The position numbers were made by a program, and so were the translations under genes. Below are positions 23,838 through 35,698 of a stretch of DNA of 64,000 nucleotides, one piece after another. The stretch is from assembly GCA_002189035.1 (NCBI GenBank), contig CM007992.1, positions 2,914,001 to 2,978,000 on the forward strand. The letters are read 5' to 3'. Numbering within the stretch: position 1 is the first letter of the stretch; each line of letters starts with the position of its first letter. The notes under the pieces are model-generated. The model was not told where the DNA came from, ran no database searches, and saw only the letters and a program-made list of their open reading frames with translations. Origin of the DNA: Utricularia gibba. Its lineage: Eukaryota; Plantae; Magnoliophyta.

Positions 23838-25859
23838 TAAACGAAAATCAACTCATCCTTTCAGTTTCCCTAATCCCAATTTTCAAAACAATAATATAAA
23901 GCTGATTACAAATTCATGAATTATGATGATAGGTAACGAATTATTGAATAGAACACGTTGAATTAATTCGATTCATATTCTAATCCAAATAAACCACCAT
24001 CACTCACCCCTACTTTCAACTTGATGGGTATACGCACAAGATTTTTTTGTATTTTTTCACAATAGAAATATTAAATATATTTTATTACGTGGTGTGCATT
24101 TTGCCGAAAATTATATCTTATTATTTTAATAAAATAAAAAAGAAAAAGAAAAAGAAAAATGGGACGGGTGACGTTACATCATGAAACATGTGAAGAACCC
24201 ACGACCATGTTACGTCAGTTGATAATAGTACAACCAAGTGACCATCTTAAGACACGCTGTCCAATTTATGAGGTAACAATTTTATTCGATTATAATAGGA
24301 ATAATATTTATTATTATTATTATTATTTTAATTATCATACTTTTAATGTGTTTGTCTGTTCACTAATGTCGTGTTTAGTAGACTTACTTACAACTCTAGA
24401 CGCGTGTAATTTATAAAATAGTGATGTAACCGTTTTTATCGTGTTTATCAAAACTCACTTTAAATTTTATTAATAAACTAGTTTTATTTATTTTTTAATT
24501 TATTCTAATCACATCTATCGAATATAATTTTAATTATAATCATATAGCGTATGTTTCTTAAAACACAAATTTTATCATACAAGTGTATTGAATCGAATGG
24601 TCCCATGTATCACTATTCTTGTTCGAAAATTTCTTTTACAATTAATCAAAATTCTAAAGTAATGTTTTAGATATTTTTTGAGAATAGTTTGTTCTACTGA
24701 AAAAGAAAAAAACATAAATATTGGTGATAAAAATAACAGAAAACTAAGAGTATTTCTATTTATACCAAATAATAAAATATACTAACAATGAAAAGGAGAA
24801 TTGGGGGATAGAATACGTACTTGATTATGTGAGAAGGTGATCATGGGAAGAGTTGCAATTGAGGTGATCTTTAGTGCTAATATATTACATTCAAAATTAT
24901 TCCTAAATAAAAGTGATTCATTTCTTATAAAGATAGATAAATGATCATATTTAAAAGAAATGAACTAGGAATTCATTATCTAATTTTAATTTATATTTTA
25001 ATTAGATATTCAATATCATATACTTCATTATTTATTGATTGGTTCATAATTAATTCAAAAACTCGTGATTCTTTCATATTGTTGATCTAATTATTATCCA
25101 AAATGAAATTATTGAATGATTAACGACCTTATTTTCTTCATCTTCATTATTTTTATTTTTGATATTCATAATCTCATCATTTATTACATAGGAATTTCTT
25201 CATGGGTTATATTTAACCAAACGTTTCAAGTACCACATCTAAGGGACTTCTCAATCTATTTTACTCGAATATTATTTGCTAATGATTTCGTTACCTCCAT
25301 CACAAAATAACTAAAACTTTATTATTATTTACCACAAAGTATTGCATATTAATCGAAATTACCCCATTTTTTACACAAATTGCATGCATCTTTCCCATTA
25401 AGTGCAAAACCAGTTACCATTTGAAACAAGCATTCCTTTGCCAAAAAATCAGGAGTCCAATACAAGCCAAGAAGCAAACTTTTCTAATCTGCTTCAATAA
25501 TTGATTACAATCAATCAAGTAGATGGATGTCCTGTGTGTGTGAAACAAATCATTACCCCAAATATTAAATAATTGATGCTTCCAGTTCGTAATTTTTATT
25601 ATAAAAATAAAAAAAAATAGTCTTCCACCCAATTGACAACTCATCATGGAGAGAGATTTTTGGGAACAAGACAATGGCGTACGTAATTGGAAGTGTAGAT
25701 GATGAAGACTACGGGTTTCATTTGTCAATTTTATTAACAAAATGAAAATAAATGGATTTGATTTATGGTAATGTTTGATCAATTAATTAAAATATTAAAA
25801 AATATTAAATCAGTTTGTTGCAGGCTCAAGGGGTGGGTTGGATTGGGTACTAGTGAGCA

Positions 25860-26540
25860 TAAATTCCTAAGATTTTTAAAATTAGTATGATTAGTCTCTA
25901 ATATTTAATGAAAATGGAGTAAGTAGTTCTTTATTAGAATATTTAGCCTCCAAATTTTACATAATCCCCATGTATCGAATATATTTAGTTTCTTTTTTTT
26001 TTACTTCAATTTTTCCCTACTGTTTAAATATCATTTTATAATTATTTGATGGTCGTCGAGGTCGCGTCGGCACGGGGCATTGGTGAGCGCGAGGTGCGGG
26101 TCGGCAGCGGTCGGAAATCCGTCGAAAATAGTACAATTAAATTGGATAAAAAAAATTTAAATAATATTTTTACTTTTTAAAAAATAAAAATGATTTTATT
26201 GTAAAACACTATCAATTATAAAATTAAGTATATCGAAAATATTTTTGAAATTATACTACAAAAATTATTTTTGAAAAAATAAAAAGTAGATTTTACTTTT
26301 TATTTTTATTTTTTAAAAATAATTTTGAAAAAAAATAATTTTTAAAAGTTTTCCAGAACAATACTTAAAGTTTAAAATTATGAATTGATTTTGACATTAG
26401 TGTAAATAGTGGAAATTATTCTTGGCCCATTTTGAAATAATGAGCATTATTTTTGTCCAATTCAAATACCGTGTGAACTAATTATAAATAATTTTTAAAT
26501 ATTTAATATTAAAATATATTTTAAGAGACTAATTATATTA
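25860..26540. mobile_element. Mutator-like non-autonomous element with GC-rich core and nested AT-rich MITE
   Basis: Inverted match TAGTATGATTAGTCTCTAA / TTAAGAGACTAATTATATTA, GC-rich patch at 26050-26130, AT-rich MITE copy at ~26140-26367. Ends approximate. Confidence 0.45.
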
Positions 26541-26865
26541 TTTAGTTAAACAATCCCAATTTTCCCAAATCTCACATTTATTGGGGAGAGGGGCCGCGTG
26601 GACGTATCTGTCAGCAGTCGTTGCGGGTCTGCGTGTTGATAATGTTGTCCGTTTCCTCATCTCTTCCCCGGTTTTGATCTCCCTTTCCCTTACAAGGCAT
26701 ACCCAGTTGATTCCTTGGTTCCCCATCTCGAGATCCACCGTGCATATATACCTCGCTTCTCCAATGGGCTTCTCCCCTTTCCTCCTCCATTAAAGCTCCG
26801 GTGATTCGTGAGGTGGAGGAAAACCCCCTGTTCCCCTCTCCACGAAGCCTCCGATTCCGGGAGTC

Positions 26866-27316
26866 ATGTCCACGAGCTTGATCTGCGATTCAGTTGCCTT
26901 GACCGAGCTTGAGTTCGCCAACTGCGACTGCTGCGGTCTCAAGGAGGAATGCACCCCTTCTTACATCGAAGCGATTCGCGCAAGGTGGTGAAATCGAGGG
27001 ATTCTGGTTACCCCGGTTTTATTTATCTGCGTCCTCTGGTTTCTGACGACGAATCTGTGGATTTTGTTGCAGTTACGGGGGAAAATGGATATGTGGGCTG
27101 TGCGCGGAAGCGGTGAAAGATGAAATACTGCGGTGCGAGAAGCTGATAACCTCAGAGGAAGCGCTTCTGATGCATTTCACTTTCTGCAACAAATTCCGGG
27201 CGGCGGCCCCGCCGAAGGACTCCACGGTGCGTATGATTCGGGCGCTGACGCATGTCCTGAGGAGGAGACTGGATAGCCCCCGGAGCAAAAGCGGTCAGAT
27301 TCTCCGCACTGTTTGA
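26866..27316 (+). CDS. DUF1677 family protein (2 exons)
   Basis: Exon 1 26866-26984, intron 26985-27072, exon 2 27073-27316: ...LEFANCDCCGLKEECTPSYIEAIRA|SYGGKWICGLCAEAVKDEILR... (C-x-CCG-x2-EECT and WICGLC-x-EAVK-x-E motifs). Confidence 0.88.
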
Positions 27317-28591
27317 GATCCTCTCTTGCGAGGTTTCATTTGTTTTTTGAAGACACGACCTCTAATGAAACCCAGAATCTGCTTCTGCAGATATCGAGAC
27401 GTTTTGGCAGTCGGGTAGAACGCAAAACCACTGTGTACATAGTAAAAATAGGATCTCTCTTCCTTTTGTTTTCCTCTTTATAGGGACGATGGGGGAGGGA
27501 ACCTCTGAATGTTAAGTTGATCCTTGGAAACAATTAAACAACAGAACCAAGTTCTTGTTGTTCTGCAAAAACAATCTCCACTGTTCTTAACATTCTGCAG
27601 ACAATAACGATGTTGAAGAGGGAATCGAAGAGAAAAGCAACGTTGTGATTAAAGAAACAAAACAAAATTTTGGGGTTGCTGTCTACTAATCTGCATAACT
27701 TGATGAGATCCCGGGCACAGATCTCATGATCTCGGCTATGGGAGATCTAAGTGATGGGGAGAATGTAGGCGATAGGGGGTGCATTTTTGGTTCGTTTTGA
27801 TATTCAATCTTCAGGATTTTACATTTTAGCTATCATACAACATTAGCAAAATTCTTTTATTTGAAGTACGTGTTCATAACCAATATAAGATAATCCTTCG
27901 TCACTAACATGTGAGCGGTTCCCTCCCACTCTTACAGTGTCTGGTTTCGGATACAACTAGACCAGAGAGGCCACATGAGGAAGGGCAGATAAGTAATTTA
28001 GCAGATAGGTGGGCTCACATGGAACCAATCATTGTTCATGCGCTCAATCAGTTGTCGGATTTCCCTTCACCTCCAGCAGTTGAATTATTGGCGTTCCGGA
28101 ATCTCCTCCATTCCGAAACAGATGAGGCTGGAAGTGACGTGGCGTTCCACTGTCCCATTAAATAATCAAATAGTAACGAAGGCTTTATTTTTGTTTTATA
28201 AGAAATTAATATACTGTACTGTTTTGTTTCGTGACAAGGTGGTGTCACGTGGTGAGCATCAGCTGTGTTTGCTGGTCTGCTCCAGCTCCTCACAAATTTA
28301 AGGTTTCTGGGCAGGCATGGGGACCACGCTCTCAAATCGTGTACCTGTTTCTTATCTTTCACCCTTCCTCACCCAAACCACATACACCGGCCACGTTGAA
28401 TAATTCAACAGAATAATGGAAAGAAAACGACGGTTTATTATTGATCACAATGTATGTTTATATATATGATCTTACTAATTATAATTATGGAAGTTAGTAG
28501 CACACATGAGTAAACTAGTAACGCCATGCTGGGTAGCAAGTATATGTAAGAAAAAAGCCAGAATTATTTACTTTGATCATCAAAAATTATA

Positions 28592-28823
28592 GTAGTGTTT
28601 TGAAAAATTTTAGAATCTATTTTTATTTTTTAAAATTATTTTTAAAAAATAAAAATAAGAAGTAAAAGTAATTTATTTCTAATTTTTCAACAGTAACTTT
28701 TATAATATAATTTTAAAATTATTTTTATATAATTATTTTTATAATTTGATAATGTTATAGAATAAAATTATTTTTATTTTTGAAAAGTAAAAATAGTCTT
28801 TAAAAATTTTATAAAACTGTTTA
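28592..28823. mobile_element. AT-rich ~230-bp MITE (family shared with 26140-26367 and 61025-61260)
   Basis: Terminus AGTGTTTTGAAAAATTTT-GAATCTATTTTTATTTTTT with an inverted counterpart at the right end. Confidence 0.55.
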
Positions 28824-29679
28824 CGTTTAAAATATCTTTTGTCTTTGAAGAAATAATTTAAAATCACTTTTATTATCAAATATGAATGATTAGCTTTAAT
28901 GAATTTCAAAATTTAGAAACATTTTTCATTTCTTAGAAGTGGAAAAACTCTATTATTCAATTTTTCATAAGTATTTCTTGAAAAATTATTGGGTTGGTCT
29001 ATAAAAAATATTGTTGCCTAATGATCATGTTGCTCATCTTTTTGTTTCTTATGGCATGAGCATCACAGACCAGCCACTTCTCACTGTTTTTAATTTTTTT
29101 TCTATTACATTATCAAATTACTACATAAAAAATCTAAATTGATAGGCGTGGGCCTAATCAAGGGCTTTAGTATCCAACTAACGGGCCTGTTAAATTTTAT
29201 GGGCCTTATCATCCTCTTAATGGGCCTCTATGTAATTCCAATATGCTACAAGTCTCTCTTAGAGAGAAGGTAAAAGCTTCCACTTAAGAACAGAGCATTT
29301 TCCGTACATCTTCACTAAAATAACTCTAAAAAAGTGCTTCAAACATTTTTTGAATAGGTGGAAGGATACTTCGAAAAAAAAATTACAAAATTTTTAACTT
29401 TTTAAAATACTTTTAAATTATTTTTTTCTTAAAATTATAGACGATTGGAATTGAAGTTAATAAATTATACTAAATAGAAAATATATATATATACAAAGAT
29501 AATCTAGTTATAAGAAGGATGAAAAGCCCATATATTTACTAGATTTATGGAAGATTTACTCAAATCAAACCATGAGATTTCAAGGCCCAAATTTTAAGAA
29601 ACTTGCATAATTTATAAATAAGTTTTAGGATTTATAACAACATTTAGGTGCTCTATTTTATGATTCCCCTTGCACTAGT

Positions 29680-30198
29680 TATTAATAAATCATCCTCTGA
29701 TTTCTATAGAAATCAGATTCTAGTTGGATGAATTTTTAGCTTATCTTATTTACTCTTGTAAATTATTGGTGGAAAGGAAATCGAAAAACAAAAAGACAAA
29801 ATTTTTCATAGGTTGAAACTCCAGAATCAGGAGGAAAAATACATTTTCTCTAACAATAGAAAGTAATCAAAAACCAATAACCTCCCTAGGATCTACCATT
29901 ATATCTGTGAACTTGATAGAAGATCAAACTATTTTCTCTTAGATATGAATCAAGCACAAGACTTTCTCTCAAGAGTGATTACTTCTGTTAAATCTCAATC
30001 CTCTTGTTTTTTTCATCATTGAAATGCTCTACATTTTCTACTTTATTTGTGGTTGTTCCACTAACTTTTTATACATTTAATGCATACATATCCCTTTCAT
30101 ATTCATGTATTTCAACAGACTCAACTCACTTATTGTACCTTATGTTTAGGTCTAAATTTATAATGAATATTGTTTAAAGTAGTTCACTTACTTCAACA
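29680..30198 (-). repeat. 3' LTR of the copia element
   Basis: Direct repeat of 33277-33748. On + it ends CTTCAACA (TGTTG on -). The other terminus is mutated TG to TA. Confidence 0.85.
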
Positions 30199-33100
30199 AA
30201 ATCTCCTCTTTAGGAGATAATTGCATACTCATTTTTCTTATTTTCACTTAGCACTTTAGACCTTTCAACCCTACCATTGATGAACAGAGCTGAAATTTGT
30301 TGCTAGCAACCATCTTAGTAAGCATATTTGCTGGGTTTTTCTCAGAGGCTATTTTCCATAAACTAATCTCTTTTGAAGCAATCAATTCTCATATCCAAAG
30401 TATCCTTACATTAATATGCTTTGTCCTTGTATGATAGGTTGTGTTCTTTGTCAGTTCTAGAGCACTATTGCTATCATTGTACAGTCTAACATCTTTGCAA
30501 TCAAAATTGAGTTCAATGAGAAATCACTTTAACAAATGAATTTTCTTTCTTCACTCATGGCTAGATATTCAGCTTTTGTCATGGAGATAACAATACATTT
30601 CTAGAGTTTAGATTGCCATGAGATAGCTGTGGAGCTCAACAAAGAGATAAAACCTGAGGTAGATCTTCTTGTGTCAAGATCTCTTGTATAATTTAAGTCT
30701 ATAAATATTTTTAATATAAGTTTTTCTTTTCCATAAAAAACTAACTCATGATTTATTGTTCTGTTTAGATACCTCATTATCTATTTTACTTCCTCCCAAT
30801 GTATTCTCCTAGGATCAAATAGGAATATGCTCACCTTTTCAACTGATTGTGCAAAATCAGGTCTTGTACAAACCATAAGATACACCAAGCTGTCAATCGT
30901 CAAGAAATAAGATATTTTGCTCATCACTTCCCTTCTTCCTTTGTATATGGTGCTTGATCTTTACCTAAGGAGAATTGTGATGTGAGTGTTATTGTAACTT
31001 CTTTTGCTGAATCCATGTTGAAATTTTTCAAAATTTGTTGAGCGTATTGTTCTTGAGTTAATGTTATCAACCTGTTTTTCCAATCTGTATGAATCTTTAT
31101 TCCAAGAATCCTTTTTTCTTGTCCAAGGTCCTTTATTTCAAATTGAGATGCTAGTGTTTGTTTGAGGGCTTTTAATTTTTTCATAATCTTGTTTGCAATC
31201 AATATGTCATCTATATAGAACAATAATATAATAAGATCATCAATTTCCTGTTCTTTGTAATAAACACAAGGATCAACTACTATTCTCTTGACACCAATCT
31301 CAAGTAGAAACATGTCAAACTTCTTGTTTCACATTCTTGGTGCATGCTTTAAATTATAAAGACTTCTATTCAACTTACAAACCAAATACTCCTTTCTCTT
31401 TTCAACAAAACCTTCAAACTGTTTCATAAATGCAGTTTACTCTAGATCTCCATTATGAAAAAATATTTTAACATCAAGCTACTTGAGTTCTAAATCTAAA
31501 CAGGTTGTCATAGCTAGAACAAATATGATAGAAGTTAACTTAACCACAGGTACAAAAATTTCATTATAGTCAACTCTCTTTTGTTGTTTGAAACCTTTAG
31601 CAACTATTGTAGCCTTGCATATCATAGATCCATCAGCTTCGATTTTTAAATTAAAAATCCACCTACATTCCAGAGTTTTTCTCCCCTTTGGTAACTCAAT
31701 CAAATCATAAATTGTTGTTCTTTTTTCAGTGATTCTATTTCATCTTCCATACCCTTTATCTAGAATTCATTATTAAGTGTTTCAAAGTCTCCTCATAAAT
31801 TACAAGTTCACCTACTTCTGTTTAGAGCATATAATGTGTAGTAGGATATTTATTAGATGATTTACTTGATCTCATTGATCTTTTTGATCCTTTGTCTAGT
31901 GTTTTTGTTTCATGAACTTTGAGTTACTCCCCTTCACTCTCTTAAGAGCTATGTAATGCACTTCCTTCACTATCAAGTGTTTGTCCACTATTCACACCAT
32001 TGTTCAATTCTAAAAATTTCAACTTTATAAGAATTTCTTTTTGTATACTTTTCATCAGAATTTAGAATGTTATTGATAGTTTTTTGTTCCAAAAAAATAA
32101 CACTTCTAGACCTTATAACCTTTCTAGTTTTTTGATCCCAAAGTCTGTATCCAAACTCCTCATTATCATACCCAAGAAATATGCATTTCACTACATGATC
32201 ATCCATCTTATTCCTTTTGCCAAAATCAACATGAGGAAGTGCCTCTTCCTCTGAGGAATTTGCTTCATCATCCTTATGTTAAATGATCCTTTTATAGAAT
32301 TTACAATCTTTTTTTAGATGTTCCTTTTGACTACAAAATAACATCTTTTTTTCTTTACCAATTCACCATCATTGAACTCTTTACCCTTAAAGGTTTCTTA
32401 TTTTTCCACTTCTTGTTTGGTATATTTCCTCTATTTTTATTTCTTGTCTCTTTGTATCGTGATCTTCCTCTCTACTCAGCAATAGCTATTATGGTTTTTG
32501 TTAAAAAATTTACTCTATTTTCTCTTCTTCGAAATTCTTCATTTATCAAAGACTCTTTCAAGATAGCTAGAGATAGATCAGTCTTTGGTGTTGAGTTTGT
32601 TAGGGATATAATAAGAGTTTTCCAAGAGTTTAGAATAGTTATAATACGGAATAGAGTCTTGAGTTTCTCTAATAGTTCAAATATCAGCCTTTTCAAATTG
32701 ATTTAAAAGATCCTCAAATTTTCCAAGATGTTCTTGCATGGGGGTATCCTCTTTATACTTTAAGTTCACAAACTTTTTAAGTATAAATCCTTGGTTTTGT
32801 AATGTATTTGATTCAAATAAATATTGCAAAGTTTTCCACATGACCTTAGCATCAATCATATTTTTCACAAGAGAGTGATTATTTGGACTATCCCAATATC
32901 TTAGATAAGTCATTGTTTGACGATATATTTTTTTTCCACTTTTCTTATGCATACTCTATTGGCCTTACTGAACCATATTAAATTGGATCTCATAAATTCT
33001 TATAAATCAATAAATCCTCTATACACTCTTACCACTTAGAAAACCTTATAGAAATTAATTTAAACATTGTACTTCCTTCATCCATGGGTAGTAGTCTTAA

Positions 33101-33276
33101 CCTTGATGAATAATGATCAAAATTTATTAATCTCGAAAAATATTTTCACCAACTTACTACCTTATTGAATTTGGAAGTCAGCAGTAATAAAAAATGAACT
33201 CTTAGAATCCCCAAAAAACAATATCTTTGCTTTCTTTCTTTTCCACCAAATCTTTGACCTACATGGGTCATCACTT

Positions 33277-33748
33277 TGTTAAGAAATCATCCTCTGATTT
33301 GTATAGAAACCAGATTCTAGTTGAATGAGTTTTCAGTTTATCTTGTTTATTCTCACAAGTTATTGATGGAAAGGAAATCGAAAAACAAAAATACGAGATT
33401 TTTGGTAGGTGAAAACCCGAGAATCCGAAAAAAAACCACCATTTTTCTAACAACACAAAGTAATCAACAAGTATAGGATTTAAACCACACCATCATCAAG
33501 TTAATCAATACAAGAGTTACAAAATCAATAATCTCTCTGCAATTTACCTCAATCCTCTTGTTTTTTCATCATCTTAAATGCTGCATGTTTTCTATTTTAT
33601 TTGTGGTTGTTTACACTAACTTTTCATGCACTTATACATATTCCTTCCATGTTCATGTTTGTGGATAGTCCCAATTGACTTGCTGGACCTTATGTTTGGG
33701 TCTAAATTTCTATTGAATATTGTTTGAAGTTGTCCACTTACTTCAACA
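33277..33748 (-). repeat. 5' LTR of the copia element
   Basis: TGTTAAGAAATCATCC...CACTTACTTCAACA. The adjacent PBS is degenerate. Confidence 0.85.
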
Positions 33749-34045
33749 CTAATTTGGTACATGAAAGAATACAATCATCTTCTCCCATCATCATTTCTCT
33801 AATATATCTTATGAAAAAGAAGTTGAGGTGTTTGGAATCTTCAAGAAGTTTCAGGCCATAGTTGAGAGGTAAAGTGGACTAAATCTCACGGTTTTACAAA
33901 CTAATGGAGGTGGAGAATTCACCCCGAATGAGTTCATCATGGTGTTCAAAAAGGTCTCATGTTAGAAAAACTATCCTAACAAAATGAGGTACTTGAGACA
34001 AGAAATCATATGCTTATGAGAATACGATTAGGAGTATGGTTAGAA
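33749..34045 (+). mobile_element. Older copia integrase-core remnant (opposite strand)
   Basis: Translates YLMKKEVEVFGIFKKFQAIVER*SGLNLTVLQTNGGGEF, resembling the copia rve motif KSEVF..FKKF...VE.....IK.LRTDGGGEY. Confidence 0.7.
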
Positions 34046-34398
34046 CATGTCAAGATAATTGTGATGTAATGCTAAATCTTATTAATAATATCGATATAAG
34101 TTCATTATAAATTTTTATATAATTTATATAAAAACAATAAGTTATTATCATGTATAAAAATGGTGTATGCATTGTCATAATGTAGTGAAAAATTATTTTA
34201 TCTTGATCATTATTTTTTTCTTGGATTTTCATTACATCATTTCATCAAATTTTTTTGAATCTCTGATTTGAAATTTGATTGTTGTTATACTAATCAAATC
34301 TACAAATCAATATATATACAACAAGAATCAACACCATTAGATCAAAATTCCTCCAACAATTAAAACGAAAATGCCACAAACAAGTGTATAAAGAAATT

Positions 34399-35252
34399 GG
34401 GAAAATTACTTCAATAGTCCAATTATTTAATTAAATGGTATAATTAATCCATAAAAATAGTGTTTTAATCTTCATTGTTTCAAAATCATTTATAATTGGT
34501 TTCTACAGTTTCAAAATCATAAAAATAGTCTACACTATTTAAATTAATAACAAAATCGATATCTAATTTAAAATCTTAATTTTTTCTCTAATTTAATTTT
34601 ATTAGACACGTGGGGATAGATGGGCATGGGTGCGTGGCGGGCGCACAATTTCATGGGTGATATGCGTCGCGTGCGCGGGCGCCGAGTGCGCGGGCGGTGG
34701 ATGCGCACGTGGTGGATTGTGGTGGTAGTAAATAATAAAGATTAAATCTATCTGATTTTTAAATATTAATAAATAATTATGATTGGTATTTAAACAATGA
34801 AGATAAAAAATAATTGACATGAAAAAATAGAAACTGAAAATATTTGATACATAAAAAGTTTGGGATTAAATATATCCAATGTGCCAAAATTTGAGAATTA
34901 AATATTCAAATGAAAAATAATTATATTATTTTAATTAAATACTAATGTAAATTTTATTAAATAGTGGGATGTGTGCCGTGTAGACGTGTAGTCTCCCAAC
35001 GGAAATTCAGCGGAGGTTGGGTTCGGAGTCGGCGGACATTTGACCCGAACCAACGTGGCGATCTGGGCCGTCAAAGGGCGCGCCAGGATGGACGGCGGGG
35101 ATCATTTGATTGGCAAGATTTTTTTAGGTGTGGCAGCCGCCTGGCCCATCTGCCATGTGATTGGGCCACGTGCGCGAATGAGACGAAAGATGAGAAGAAA
35201 TCCAATTCAGACACGCTAATGACGTGCTAATTAATACTTAATTATTTTCCCC
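34399..35252. mobile_element. Probable Mutator-type non-autonomous/composite element with GC-rich, CACGTG-rich cores
   Basis: Starts GGGAAAATTACT. Internal inverted match TAATCTTCATTGTTT (~34468) / AAACAATGAAGATA (~34792). GC-rich blocks at 34605-34725 and 34963-35230. Ends uncertain and no TSD found. Confidence 0.45.
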
Positions 35253-35698
35253 TTTAGGTTAATGATGGATTTGAGATTAGGGTTTACTTTTTTCAAACTG
35301 CATTAATCATCTAACCACTCATACCCTTTTTATTTAATTCTTTCAACTAAGCACTGCTATTTAAAATAAAAAATATAATTTAAAATGCAGGGAGAATAAA
35401 ATATTTTAAATATTTAATAATAAAAAATCAAAGTCCAAAATATTTCTCGGGCTACTTGTTGACTTTTGATTTCTTTTATTTCGCATTTTCCGTTGGGGTG
35501 TTGAAGAATCTTGCACAACATTCTTTGTTCCTCTCTGTGCGTTGATTTGCATTGACAAGTTTTCGCTGCTGTTCTTCCTCCAGAAGGTTCTTCCTTTTCT
35601 GCGTATTTCCTTCAGGATCAGCGGAAAAGGCAAATTTTGGGGCTGGGGCTTGGAGAACCCTAAGGATTTGGTAGAGGCGAGCACGAAAACTGCAATTC

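Larger units (their letters stand above)
29680..33748 (-). mobile_element. Degenerate Ty1/copia LTR retrotransposon (4.07 kb, internally deleted)
   Basis: Two LTRs, PPT AAAGAGGAGATTT next to the 3' LTR (30199-30211), TSD CTAGT/CTAAT. Remnants in copia order on -: gag (LKKFVNLKYKEDT), CCHC knuckle (CYFCSQKEHLKKDC), integrase tail (KCIFLGYDNEEFGYRLWD), RT (LLFYIDDIL) and RNase H (RTKHINVR). Many stops and frameshifts. Confidence 0.92.

Noticed and set aside
27073-27085. Suspected frameshift at the DUF1677 G-run
   Set aside because: The run has five Gs and keeps the frame (YGGKW). Not every G/C run in the window is affected.
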